Virus record (IMG/VR): IMGVR_UViG_3300045988_168524
Coordinates: 1-34,792 of that record
DNA from: a virus
Direction: 5' to 3' (one strand)
DNA: 34,792 bases
Below, in pieces: positions 1-8,938 of the stretch; within the stretch, counting starts at the first letter, position 1; each line of letters opens with the position of its first letter. The position numbers were made by a program, and so were the translations under genes. Under the pieces are notes generated by a model, which had not been told where the DNA came from, ran no database searches, and saw only the letters and a list, made by a program, of their open reading frames with translations.

Positions 1-141
1 AGCGAATAGTTAATCACTGATTTACCAGCGCCCGCTAGGGACGCTTGCCCCCCGGGAATCACTCTAGGAGCAGAAGAAATAGATATTTCCACCGAAGCTA
101 AAGCTATCGCCCCGGCGGGGGTGACAGGATTAGAGGGGTAT
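1..141. repeat. Exact 141-bp duplicate of 34652..34792 (circular closure or assembly overlap)
   Basis: Positions 1..141 are identical to 34652..34792 by direct comparison. A minus-strand reading frame continues across the junction without interruption. Confidence 0.95.
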
Positions 142-533
142 GCGGCGGGCGTGCCCTCGATAACCTGGATTTTCGCGCCCCGCCCCGTGTCCGCCGTCTC
201 CTCAATAGAAAGTGCTACTAGGTCGATACGGTCAAAACTCTCATGAGCCGCAGTAAGAGGCAGAGTCACCGGGTTCTTCACACCCGTCAGGTACGACCCG
301 CCCGCCGTGGTTATCATGCAATGCCCCGGTTGGACAGTGACCTCAGTTGAGGTAGCCGAAACCTGACAGCCTCGCAGGATACCGGGCGCGGCTTGGAAAG
401 GCTCGCTCTCGGATTTAGGCTCAAAGAATACCGCGAATAAGTCCCGCAGGTCACGCCCCGTATATTCCGGTATATTATCCGTCCCGGCATCAAGCGCCCA
501 CGGGACAAGTAAATCTTTACTAGCATAAGCCAT
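1..533 (-). CDS. Minor tail protein, 5' portion. The gene continues across the window edge into 34381..34651; the full product is about 267 aa.
   Basis: ATG at 533..531 sits behind an AAGGAG SD (ctataAGGAGaaatgttttattATG). The frame stays open down to position 1, and its translation joins exactly onto the ORF at 34381..34743 (…EISISSAPRVIPGGQ…). The ORF track missed it because it runs off the window edge. Confidence 0.6.
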   Translation of the reverse strand, partial: MAYASKDLLVPWALDAGTDNIPEYTGRDLRDLFAVFFEPKSESEPFQAAPGILRGCQVSATSTEVTVQPGHCMITTAGGSYLTGVKNPVTLPLTAAHESFDRIDLVALSIEETADTGRGAKIQVIEGTPAAYPSNPVTPAGAIALASVEISISSAPRVIPGGQASLAGAGKSVINYS

Positions 534-549
534 AATAAAACATTTCTCC

Positions 550-1440
550 TTATAGATAGGATTGCGCGACCCGAATCTTCAACCGCGCGTCCGGCGAAAA
601 GCTATCCGCCGACCAGGTGATTAAATGCTCCCCGACATCGATGACTGGGAAACCACCGCTAATAGCGCCCCTACGGGACGCGCCGTTAAGCTCGACCGTC
701 CTAGCGGTAGGGTCAATCACTAGACGCTCTCCCTCTTGAATGTCCAGGTTCACAGCGACACGCCACCCCGCCACCGTGTCCCGAACCACCGGATTCTTTA
801 CCGGGCCCGTGATAATAATCTGCGACAAGGGACGCGCCGAACCACCCACGTTAAACCTGAGTTCACCCGCCACAGTCTCAGATTTAATAATGAAAGGCAC
901 GGTGAACGGGGCGTGAAGCCCCCCGGTCTTTTTAGGCAGCCCGGTCTCGAAAACCTCCCACGCCACCTGCCCGGTCTCCCAGTCAGCGGCATACCGCACA
1001 GGATTAGGAGCCAGGAAGGGAATCTCGATATGTGCAGCGGTACGCCACCTAGTGACCGTAACCTTGTCCTCGCAAATCACGTCCTCAGCCGTAACCTGCC
1101 CCCTATCCTGAACCACCAACGCGGCGGGGGCACGGACAGGCAGAGCCCGTTTTACCGCCTCCACCGCGCTAGTGATTAGTTCTGGGCGGTTCTCATCAGT
1201 CTTGACCGTGATTTTCACGGTGAACCGGTGTCCACGTATCCAGCCTTTACCTACCCAGTCACCATCACGCCAAGCCCTAGCCCCAGTCTCACCCTCCAAA
1301 TCGATATCGTAAAAACCCGATATATCGGTAAGAACCCACTGGACACCATCAGTGTCCACGCCACCAAAGGTCAGCCCGCTAAGTTTGGCGGCTTGCTCCT
1401 GCCAAAGCGTCACCTGCCGAGGCTGCGTGTTATTAGGCAT
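550..1440 (-). CDS. Distal tail protein (Dit-like), inferred from its position right after the tape measure
   Basis: 296-aa ORF with ATG at 1440 behind a GGAGGAG SD. Its start overlaps the tape measure stop (ATGCCTAA). The call comes from gene order; no diagnostic motif was recognised. Confidence 0.6.
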   Translation of the reverse strand: MPNNTQPRQVTLWQEQAAKLSGLTFGGVDTDGVQWVLTDISGFYDIDLEGETGARAWRDGDWVGKGWIRGHRFTVKITVKTDENRPELITSAVEAVKRALPVRAPAALVVQDRGQVTAEDVICEDKVTVTRWRTAAHIEIPFLAPNPVRYAADWETGQVAWEVFETGLPKKTGGLHAPFTVPFIIKSETVAGELRFNVGGSARPLSQIIITGPVKNPVVRDTVAGWRVAVNLDIQEGERLVIDPTARTVELNGASRRGAISGGFPVIDVGEHLITWSADSFSPDARLKIRVAQSYL

Positions 1441-4405
1441 AAGCTACGGCTCCTCCAATCTGGCTAGAAACCTCCGGTACACCCGTGAGACGCCGCGCCA
1501 ACATACCCATCATGCGGGTCGGGTCATCAGACCTCAGCGTGTTATTGACTACCACCGGGCGGTCACCACCAGACCAGCCCGCGCTTTGCCCGGCACGTGC
1601 TTCAAGATTGAAAGCCGCTTGAGTACTGAAATCACCCAGGGCAGCCCTCGTCCTGACAGCCAGCTCCCTAGCCTGATTGATAGCGTTCTGCGAGGAACGC
1701 TCAAGCCCCTCAGCCATCGCGTCACCAATCGACAACCCAGAATAAAGCACCCAGCCCTTACCAGAGAAAGGCCCCTCTTTCGCGGGAGAGAACGGGAAAA
1801 AGCTCCTAATCTTAGAAAGACCGTTTTTAACAGCATCTTTCACAGCTTTGAATGCGTTCACGATGCCATCTTTGAAGCCATTAATCAAAGAACGTCCTGA
1901 ATCCATCAAGGTGCTTCCAAGATTCCCCAAAGCGCTTAAGGCTTTACCCGGTAAGGACTTCACTAAATCAACCGCGTTACTAATCCCAGAACTGAATGCG
2001 TTCTTAAGCGAAGTCCAAGCCTGAGATGCTTTGTCTTTCAGCCCAGGACCTAGCGAAGCTATTTTTTGGAATATTTGCTTACCCATATCTGCAAGCGCAC
2101 CAAGCAATGCAACTACTATTTGTGGCAGAGCTTGCACGAGTGCCATAAATAGTTGAATTGCGGCTTGTATAAGGGTTGGAATCATACCAATCAACACTGG
2201 CACTAGCGTTGTAACCATGTTTACCAATGCGCCGATTAGAGGCGGGATAATCTGCGGTAAAGCCTGTACCAGCGCCATAAATAGCTGTATGGCTGCCCCT
2301 ATCAATACCGGAATCATGCCGATAAGTGCCGGTATTAGCGCGTTAATCAGGGTAACCAGCCCGTTGATTAGCGCGGGAATAATCGGAATCAACGCCTGTA
2401 CTAAAGCCATAAAAAGCTGAATCCCGGCTTGGATTAGTATCGGCACTAGCGCCACCAAGACAGGGATAAGGGTCGTCACCAGTTGCACCAATCCCTGCAC
2501 TAGCGGCGCGATCACCTGGGTAATGGCTTGCACTATCCCCATGAAAAGCGCGATAGCACCCTGAATAAGCATCGGGATAAGCGTCGGTAACACCTGTACC
2601 AGGGAGTTAATCATCTGGACTATCCCGTCCACAAGTGCCGGTAACACCTGGGTTAAAGCCTGCACCAACCCCAGCAACAACTGTGTAGCAGCGTTAATCA
2701 GAGCCGGTAGCATGGTCGCTATCGTCTGGACAATAGTTGTAATAATGCTAGGTAGCACGGTTGCGACCTGGGTTATTATCCCGGTTAAAGCGCCTACGAC
2801 CGAGTTAATAATCCCGGGAAGTTGCGCGGTCAGGTTATTGATAAACCCAACGATTTGCTGGGAAACTGCACCGATTTTCCCGGTTATTACGGTCATATCC
2901 CCGCCGGTAGCAAGCAGCATCGCACCTAAGGCGGCTACCCCTGCGACAGCAATCATCCACGGGTTAGCCATCATGGTAGCTCCGAGCATCCGGAAAACCC
3001 CGGCGAGGCGAGACACCAACGGAATCAACCGGGCAAACAGGGCAGGGAACCGCGCTATTAACCCAGGGAGCTTACCGAAAGCCCCACCAATCATGCCAGG
3101 AATCCGCCCGAAGACCTTACCGAACAAGCCGGGCAGTTTCCCCACCGTGGAGGAGAAGATACGCGGGATGCTTCTTAGAGCCGCCCCAGTAACCCCAGGA
3201 ATCCGCGCGAAAGTTGCCCCGATACGCCCCGGTATCCCCCTAAAAGCAGCACTTATCTTAGTGGAGATGCTACTGAACCTGCTCGCTACCTTTTCGGTAT
3301 CTCCAGCAGCTTTAGAGATAGCTTTCCCGGCTTCTTCCGCACCCTTCTTGTGAGGGAAAAACACATTCTTGATAGTGCGGAACACTGAAAACGCTGTCCC
3401 CATTTGGGAAAGCCCCATAATAGCTACCGGGATAGTAGCAATAAAGGTTTTCAACTCGCCATTATTAAGCGAGGTAAACCACGCGGTGAACCGCTCAATA
3501 CCGCCAGCAGCCTTATCAGCCGCCGCCAACATTTTCGTACCAAGCTTCTCAATCAACGGAGCCAGCGCTTCACCAACCGCGTCAATCAGCGGGATTAAAG
3601 CCACGAAAATACGGCGAAGCGACTCTAACGCCGGGGTAGCGACTTTCTGCCCAATCCTAGACAAGGCCGCTCTAACGTTTGCCATAGCACCGGTGAACGT
3701 GTCACCAGAGGAAAGAGCCGCGCCCCCGATACCTTCCTCCATAGCGGCCTGGAAGGTCGCAAAATCAATCTGCCCCTTAGACACCATAGCGGAAACCTCA
3801 GTGGCGGTTTTCCCCAAATGGTTACTAAGCATTTGCAGCACAGGAACCCCGGCAGAAGTCAACTGGAGTAGGTCGTCGCCTTGGAGTTTGCCGCGTGCCG
3901 CGACAGACGCGAAAATCATTCCCACGTCTTCCATCGACCGCCCCGAAATCGTTGCCACATCAGCAACGCTCTTTAACGAAGCGGTCATGTCTTTACCGGA
4001 TTTAATCCCAGCAGCAGACAACATAGCAGCAGAAGTCGCTGCAGCGTCTAGCCCGAAAGCCGTACCCTTAACCGAAGCGTTAGCCGAATCCATAATGGAT
4101 TTAACCGACGCCGTAGAATGCCCAAGACCCTTTAGTTTAGCGGTAGCATTCTCGATATTAAGAGCCCTAGTGAAACCGCCCTTAGCGGCGATACCGGTAA
4201 TAGCCGCTGAAACGGTACCCATCGCCACCAGGCCGGCTTTACCCGCGACCTTGAAAGCCCCACCGATAGAGGACTTAATCCCGTTAGAAGTGTTCTTGAA
4301 GGTTTTCTCGGAAGCAACCTGGTTTAGCTCTTTAGCGATAGAGCTGGACATGCCTTTCATTGAGGGCACAATCTGCACGTATGCTACGCCGAGGTTTGCT
4401 GCCAC
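1433..4405 (-). CDS. Tail tape measure protein
   Basis: 990-aa ORF downstream of the G/GT chaperones. GTG start at 4405 with a GGAGGTGG SD 5 nt upstream. The protein is Gly/Ala/Ser-rich and carries long hydrophobic tandem repeats (…IQAAIQLFMALVQALPQII…) typical of tape measure proteins. Confidence 0.9.
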   Translation of the reverse strand: MAANLGVAYVQIVPSMKGMSSSIAKELNQVASEKTFKNTSNGIKSSIGGAFKVAGKAGLVAMGTVSAAITGIAAKGGFTRALNIENATAKLKGLGHSTASVKSIMDSANASVKGTAFGLDAAATSAAMLSAAGIKSGKDMTASLKSVADVATISGRSMEDVGMIFASVAARGKLQGDDLLQLTSAGVPVLQMLSNHLGKTATEVSAMVSKGQIDFATFQAAMEEGIGGAALSSGDTFTGAMANVRAALSRIGQKVATPALESLRRIFVALIPLIDAVGEALAPLIEKLGTKMLAAADKAAGGIERFTAWFTSLNNGELKTFIATIPVAIMGLSQMGTAFSVFRTIKNVFFPHKKGAEEAGKAISKAAGDTEKVASRFSSISTKISAAFRGIPGRIGATFARIPGVTGAALRSIPRIFSSTVGKLPGLFGKVFGRIPGMIGGAFGKLPGLIARFPALFARLIPLVSRLAGVFRMLGATMMANPWMIAVAGVAALGAMLLATGGDMTVITGKIGAVSQQIVGFINNLTAQLPGIINSVVGALTGIITQVATVLPSIITTIVQTIATMLPALINAATQLLLGLVQALTQVLPALVDGIVQMINSLVQVLPTLIPMLIQGAIALFMGIVQAITQVIAPLVQGLVQLVTTLIPVLVALVPILIQAGIQLFMALVQALIPIIPALINGLVTLINALIPALIGMIPVLIGAAIQLFMALVQALPQIIPPLIGALVNMVTTLVPVLIGMIPTLIQAAIQLFMALVQALPQIVVALLGALADMGKQIFQKIASLGPGLKDKASQAWTSLKNAFSSGISNAVDLVKSLPGKALSALGNLGSTLMDSGRSLINGFKDGIVNAFKAVKDAVKNGLSKIRSFFPFSPAKEGPFSGKGWVLYSGLSIGDAMAEGLERSSQNAINQARELAVRTRAALGDFSTQAAFNLEARAGQSAGWSGGDRPVVVNNTLRSDDPTRMMGMLARRLTGVPEVSSQIGGAVAYA

Positions 4406-4427
4406 GAGTCCACCTCCATTTATTTAG

Positions 4428-5107
4428 TTATTGCTTTTCGGTAGGAATCCACGCCCCCGCGAGGACGCGATCCACCTGATCGGTATCCATCGCCTGTAAA
4501 CCATCACCCGAAGACTCGAGTTTTTGGGGTTTACTGGTTGGTGGTTTCACTCCCGCTATCCCCGCGAGGGCATTAAAGATTGGGTCTTGCCAAAACCATC
4601 CGTCAGGATTGAGTACCCTGCAGATTTCGTAATCGGGGCGGGATAGCAGCGGCCATGCAAGCACCGCTGCCTCCCACAACCCCATGTTTTTCCAGTCGCG
4701 CCCATAGCGAGCCGCAAAATCCGCTGTTAGCTCATCCGGATAGTTCTCGCTTAGGCGCAGGAAAACTATTATTTTGGGAGCTTATTGAAAATCTCCTCCA
4801 AAAACGCCCCCAAATCGGACATGCGACACCGCCCGATAGCGGGGTCTTTGAGCTTGTCGCACACCTCGTCCAACTGTTCGGCTCCTAGCATGGTTTCGAT
4901 AATGTCCCACACGAGAAGCTCGTTTTCGCCGCGTTGCAAAGCCCGCAGGTTTTTCACGAACTCCACATCGTCCATCGCGTCCCCGTCCAAAAAAACCGTG
5001 ATCCCCTTAACGGTGACTTTGGTTTTACTGTCGATGGCTGCCGGATTACGCGGCGATTGGTTGGCCGTCGCTGGTTTTTTGGAAGCGGTTTTTTTAGGTA
5101 CAGCCAT
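4428..5107 (-). CDS. Tail assembly chaperone G-T fusion made by a programmed -1 frameshift near 4772..4778
   Basis: The -1 frame relative to G is open from 4781 down to 4428 and overlaps the last three codons of G. The slippery heptamer C CCA AAA sits in the G frame at the final two sense codons. Confidence 0.6.
4769..5107 (-). CDS. Tail assembly chaperone (G-like)
   Basis: 112-aa acidic ORF between the major tail protein and the tape measure. The ATG at 5107 overlaps the major-tail stop. The gene ends …FNKLPK* immediately after a CCCAAAA heptamer. Confidence 0.75.
   Translation of the reverse strand: MAVPKKTASKKPATANQSPRNPAAIDSKTKVTVKGITVFLDGDAMDDVEFVKNLRALQRGENELLVWDIIETMLGAEQLDEVCDKLKDPAIGRCRMSDLGAFLEEIFNKLPK
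4772..4778 (-). other. -1 ribosomal frameshift slippery heptamer CCCAAAA (X XXY YYZ)
   Basis: Minus-strand mRNA reads …AAG CUC CCA AAA UAA. After a -1 slip it reads CCC AAA AUA AUA GUU…, which continues as the 4428..4685 ORF. Confidence 0.6.
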
Positions 5108-5685
5108 TAGCTTTCACTCCCTGCAGACACGGTATTGGCTGCTTCCGCCATATACTCATACGCCGTATTCCCGTCCTTATCAGGGAAAGCGGAGAGCGTA
5201 ATCTCGTAGCCGATAGCTTCCCCAGCCTTATATGCGGTTTCACCAACCTCAGTGATTTCAGCGTTAGGAACCACGATACGGCGCTTCTTGTTACCGGTTA
5301 GCAGAATCTCAAAAACATACACCCAGCGGCCTTTAGGAAGCCCGTTATGGATGACCTTGCCGGTTTTAACATTATCCGCGCCATACACTTGTTTGAGCAC
5401 GTCCTCATTGAGAGACTCAATGAACGTAAACGTGAAAGTCTCGGTACGGGAGGTTTGGACGGTTAGGACGGTTGCCCCGCCCCATTCCTTAATGTCCTCG
5501 GTATCGGTTTCGATAGCATTAGTGAGCCCGTCCTCAGATACATAGCCCAGGTTTACGAAAGTTTCCGCAAGCGGGCTGGCTGCGTCTTCGGGTGGTTCCG
5601 TACCGGTTGGGGCAGCGAAAATCCCGCCCGCAGCCTGCGGTTTACCCACAGACACATTATTGGCATTCAGAGTACCTTTTGCCAT
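5107..5685 (-). CDS. Major tail protein
   Basis: 192-aa ORF immediately upstream of the chaperone pair, with an AAGGAG SD. The call comes from position and size in the tail module. Confidence 0.7.
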   Translation of the reverse strand: MAKGTLNANNVSVGKPQAAGGIFAAPTGTEPPEDAASPLAETFVNLGYVSEDGLTNAIETDTEDIKEWGGATVLTVQTSRTETFTFTFIESLNEDVLKQVYGADNVKTGKVIHNGLPKGRWVYVFEILLTGNKKRRIVVPNAEITEVGETAYKAGEAIGYEITLSAFPDKDGNTAYEYMAEAANTVSAGSES

Positions 5686-5696
5686 GGTTTTTCTCC

Positions 5697-6050
5697 TTAA
5701 TAAATGTTGATTGTTGTTACTAAATCGAGGGTGAATTGATAGCGCGCCTGCCTGGAATCAGGGTCTGGGAAGTTATAGAGGCTGCCTACCTCGACCCCGG
5801 CGACCCAGGGTTCAAGCTCCAAGTCGTAGCAATCTTGTTGTAGCTTGGTGGCTTCCATATCTGCATCTAAAAGCTTGTTAGACCAAACTTGTATCGCATA
5901 AGAGGGATAGTCGAGGATTCTGGAGGTGCGTCCCCCAATACGCTCTATAGTGATGAACTGGTCAGGGCGCGGATCAGGTACCACCCCGTAGCATTCCCAA
6001 CGGGTTTTACCTCGCAGCCACTTTAAAAGCTCAACGGATTGTATCTGCAC
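5697..6050 (-). CDS. Tail terminator / tail-completion protein (positional call)
   Basis: 117-aa ORF with a GTG start at 6050 and an AAAGGAGG SD 6 nt upstream. It is the last gene before the major tail protein. Confidence 0.5.
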   Translation of the reverse strand: MQIQSVELLKWLRGKTRWECYGVVPDPRPDQFITIERIGGRTSRILDYPSYAIQVWSNKLLDADMEATKLQQDCYDLELEPWVAGVEVGSLYNFPDPDSRQARYQFTLDLVTTINIY

Positions 6051-6052
6051 TG

Positions 6053-6340
6053 TTAGCCTCCTTTGAGCGCTTTCAAAAGAGTGTTATTGCGCAGGGAGTT
6101 CACATAGGTTTCATCATCTTCTGGGTCACTGATTTTCACCATGCCCTGTGCCCGGGTTTTACCTGCCTGGGTGGAACCTTTGAATGCGTGGCGGGGTCGT
6201 CCCCGTTTACCTCCGTTGTTTATCCGGTTAGCCCTAGCCGTAACCTGTTGCACATAAGAATCAACCTCGCCGCGTACCGGCGCGGAATTCATAAAATCAC
6301 TAAAGCCTTGCGAAGAACGCCTAAATTTCACGTCAGCCAT
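6053..6340 (-). CDS. Head-tail connector/neck protein (positional call)
   Basis: 95-aa basic ORF. The ATG at 6340 overlaps the stop of the upstream gene. Confidence 0.45.
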   Translation of the reverse strand: MADVKFRRSSQGFSDFMNSAPVRGEVDSYVQQVTARANRINNGGKRGRPRHAFKGSTQAGKTRAQGMVKISDPEDDETYVNSLRNNTLLKALKGG

Positions 6341-6740
6341 TAACCGCCTCCACTCTCACCGGGAAATTCCAACGGGTAGGAGTATTAATATCCATATAGG
6401 GTTTCGGGTCACCAATAACCCTAAAAACCTCGCCCCGAACCCTTACCCGTGCCCCTTTCAAGGACTTTAAGCACTCTTGCGGTATCCCCTTAACCGCGCC
6501 GGGGAAAGCCTTAGGGAAATGCAGGGTATAAACCGTACGGTCACCCTCGCTACGTATAGACCCGGTTAGGTCTGAGGTTTCCCCGGGGACGATAAGGACA
6601 TCATCTAAAGTGCCTTCAAAATCTCCATCGGTAATGATTTCTCCCATGGGGTTCCTGGCTGTTTCCCCGTCGCGTCCGGCAGGACACGGAACCAGCAAAA
6701 CAACCTGCTCACCGACTAGCCGTGACCTTGACTGGATCAT
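6333..6740 (-). CDS. Head closure / head-tail joining protein (positional call)
   Basis: 135-aa ORF with ATG at 6740 overlapping the upstream stop. Size and position match HK97 gp9/gp10-like connectors. Confidence 0.5.
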   Translation of the reverse strand: MIQSRSRLVGEQVVLLVPCPAGRDGETARNPMGEIITDGDFEGTLDDVLIVPGETSDLTGSIRSEGDRTVYTLHFPKAFPGAVKGIPQECLKSLKGARVRVRGEVFRVIGDPKPYMDINTPTRWNFPVRVEAVNG

Positions 6741-7231
6741 GACCGTGCCCCCTCAAAAATCGGGGAAGGCGCAATATCCAGCCCGCAAGAACACCGATTC
6801 TTTGCCCACGTATGGTCACACCACGGCAAATGCTGCCCGCCGCCAAGATACGAGGGCACCGTGTAGGCTGCACCCGGTCTGCCCTCACCCGGCGGCATCA
6901 ACAATGCCCGCTCCCGGTCAGTAATAAACAGCCCGCCCGGCTGCGCCCCACCAAACGTTACCGACTCGGTATAGGAACCAGCCCCGCTAGATTGAGACCG
7001 AATCCCCTCCGGGTTGCGGAAAACCCGGGTTACCATCGCCGAAATAACATCCCGAATACTGTCGAGCAGGTCAGGCTCGTTACCGGAGTCTAGCCGTGTT
7101 TGTAAGGTGGGGAACTCATGGCGCAGCAGCCGCTCGGCTCGCCCAACCCACCTGGCGAGAGTCGCATCATTAACCGGCTGATCCGTGCCAATCCAGTCAT
7201 CGAGTACGTCTTGAGCAGTCGCCCACGCCAT
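6737..7231 (-). CDS. Head-tail adaptor (gp6-like) protein (positional call)
   Basis: 164-aa ORF following the capsid gene and a small ORF. The N-terminal half is acidic and helical. Confidence 0.5.
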   Translation of the reverse strand: MAWATAQDVLDDWIGTDQPVNDATLARWVGRAERLLRHEFPTLQTRLDSGNEPDLLDSIRDVISAMVTRVFRNPEGIRSQSSGAGSYTESVTFGGAQPGGLFITDRERALLMPPGEGRPGAAYTVPSYLGGGQHLPWCDHTWAKNRCSCGLDIAPSPIFEGARS

Positions 7232-7260
7232 AAGTTCCCCTACCTTTCCCCTAGAACCAC

Positions 7261-7395
7261 CTATTTCTTGGCAGTAGCCTTAGCTGCCGGGCGTTTAACT
7301 GGCGGTTTCTTATATCCCTGTCGCAGCAGATGCGCCGCGTCCTTATCGGACACGTTCACTTTCACCCCGGCAGGGTCAATCAGATTCACGCTCAT
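7261..7395 (-). CDS. Small Lys-rich hypothetical protein (44 aa) between the capsid and the adaptor
   Basis: ATG at 7395..7393 lies 6 nt after the capsid stop, and a TAG stop lies at 7263..7261. Translation is MSVNLIDPAGVKVNVSDKDAAHLLRQGYKKPPVKRPAAKATAKK. The SD is weak (GGGGT). Confidence 0.3.
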   Translation of the reverse strand: MSVNLIDPAGVKVNVSDKDAAHLLRQGYKKPPVKRPAAKATAKK

Positions 7396-7400
7396 AGCGG

Positions 7401-8312
7401 TTACCCCACATCAGGGGTAGTAGTAACCAAAGCGAAACGGTCAGTGAATACATACCAGCCGTAAACGAGCTCTAGGCGGAGCGCGATTTCGTTCTTACGC
7501 TGCAAATCGCCCTTACCATCCGGGTCACCGTAGCGGATTAGCTCCACCGGGATATCGCGCTGCACGCCCCAACGGATACCGTCCTTAAAGTCGCCTACGA
7601 TGGCGCGGATACCGGTATCTTTAGCTTCAGGACGACCTGAAACAGTATCGCCTAGCGCAGTAGGTACACCCATGAAAGAGGTGATATCGGTACCGAATCC
7701 CAGGTTCGGGTACTTCAGTTCGCCCTTATCGTTCTTGATATTGGCAAGCATCCACCCATAAGCCGGGTCTAGCGCGAACCCGTTAATGTTCTTCGGTTTC
7801 GCCTGGTTACGCAGCAACCCCACAGCGGAACGCAGCGCTTCATCAGCCGGGGTAGTTCCCAGCTCAACCTTGTTAGTGGTTGCTGCCAGATAGTTAGTCC
7901 AAGTATCAATGGCCGCGCCAGTTAACGGGTTAACCCGGTGATACAACCCGAGGTCGAGGGCACGCGATAGAGCTACAGCGCCCGCATTACCCAGCTCGGT
8001 TAGGATTCCCAACTGATAGTCTTCGTCCTGCCACTGTACCTCTTGGGAAAAACGCAAAGTAACCTGCGCCTTATGCGGGATAGCGGTTACAGAAGACCAA
8101 GAAGCATCAGTAGATGCCTTTTCGTCACCCTCTTTAACGAATTCAGCCTTCGGAGTGCCATTAAATACCAGATAGTCGATGCTACCGAACTTTTGAGGTT
8201 CACGCCCCGAAAGCTTAGCGACAGTAGATTCACTGATGGTGTCCTTGATGACCCCATCGGCGATATTGCGCGGCAAAAGCACCTTAGTGGTGTCTGTGTT
8301 TATTAATGCCAT
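7401..8312 (-). CDS. Major capsid protein (HK97-fold)
   Basis: 303-aa ORF behind an AAGGAG SD. It follows the scaffold gene and shows the usual capsid length and composition. Confidence 0.85.
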   Translation of the reverse strand: MALINTDTTKVLLPRNIADGVIKDTISESTVAKLSGREPQKFGSIDYLVFNGTPKAEFVKEGDEKASTDASWSSVTAIPHKAQVTLRFSQEVQWQDEDYQLGILTELGNAGAVALSRALDLGLYHRVNPLTGAAIDTWTNYLAATTNKVELGTTPADEALRSAVGLLRNQAKPKNINGFALDPAYGWMLANIKNDKGELKYPNLGFGTDITSFMGVPTALGDTVSGRPEAKDTGIRAIVGDFKDGIRWGVQRDIPVELIRYGDPDGKGDLQRKNEIALRLELVYGWYVFTDRFALVTTTPDVG

Positions 8313-8343
8313 TATTATTGCTCCTTAAATGGTTTGGTTTTGG

Positions 8344-8853
8344 TTATTGTTTTCCGAAAAGACGCCCCAGCCAGGCAGAATCAGCACCGCCACTATCAGG
8401 CTGTTTATCGAACCCGGGAAACACCCCAGGTTTAGGCTGCTGTTTAGCTTCTAGGAGAGGTTTTAACTGCTCAAAATGCTCTAGCAGTTCCTCTTGGGTA
8501 GTGCCACGTAGCACCGAAGCCGGGATACTACTGTCTTTAACGATTTCTTCTGCCCAAGCCTTCACCTGGTCACGCTGCTTATAGGCTGCGAGCTCTTTTT
8601 CTAGCTGCTCGGTTTTCTCCAAGCGCTTCTGCTCCTCACTCTTGGCTGCTTCTTCGAGTTCAGCCAGTTTGCGGGCAGCGTTCTTGTTGGCTTTCGCGCG
8701 TGCTTCCCACTTTTTGGCTAAACTTTTCCAATCCGTAGAATCCCCACCATTCTGTTCGGGCGTGGATTCTGGTGGTGTAGGTTTCGGGGTCTGCGCATCC
8801 CCCTCAGCCTTATCAGTGGTTGGCGTGGTTTCAGGTGCGCCAATATCGTGCAT
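8344..8853 (-). CDS. Capsid scaffolding protein
   Basis: 169-aa ORF with a Pro/Thr-rich N-terminus and a strongly charged coiled-coil core (…AELEEAAKSEEQKRLEKTEQLEKELAAYKQR…), directly upstream of the capsid gene. AAGGAG SD. Confidence 0.75.
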   Translation of the reverse strand: MHDIGAPETTPTTDKAEGDAQTPKPTPPESTPEQNGGDSTDWKSLAKKWEARAKANKNAARKLAELEEAAKSEEQKRLEKTEQLEKELAAYKQRDQVKAWAEEIVKDSSIPASVLRGTTQEELLEHFEQLKPLLEAKQQPKPGVFPGFDKQPDSGGADSAWLGRLFGKQ

Positions 8854-8882
8854 CTTTTCTCCTTAAATATTCCCGTGCGGGC

Positions 8883-8911
8883 AATAAAAAACCCACCCTG
8901 TGCAGGGCGGG
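8883..8911 (-). terminator. Rho-independent terminator-like hairpin between the small ORF and the scaffold gene
   Basis: Minus-strand RNA forms CCCGCCC-UGCACA-GGGUGGG, a 7-bp GC stem with one G·U pair, followed by UUUUUUAUU. Confidence 0.5.
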
Positions 8912-8938
8912 TAAATCTTGAACTATGGCAGATATTGA

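Noticed and set aside
314-526. 70-aa minus ORF from the track
   Set aside because: It is out of frame with the true gene (ATG at 533, good SD) that wraps across the window edge. Its product is basic and low-complexity.
2100-2800. Tandem DNA repeats, considered as a CRISPR-like or satellite array
   Set aside because: They are in-frame coding repeats of the tape measure protein. There are no spacer-like unique segments.
2712-4427. Plus-strand ORFs of 213 and 352 aa inside the tape measure gene
   Set aside because: They are antisense to the repetitive TMP gene. Open frames are expected from the Ala/Gly/Leu codon bias, and there are no start signals.
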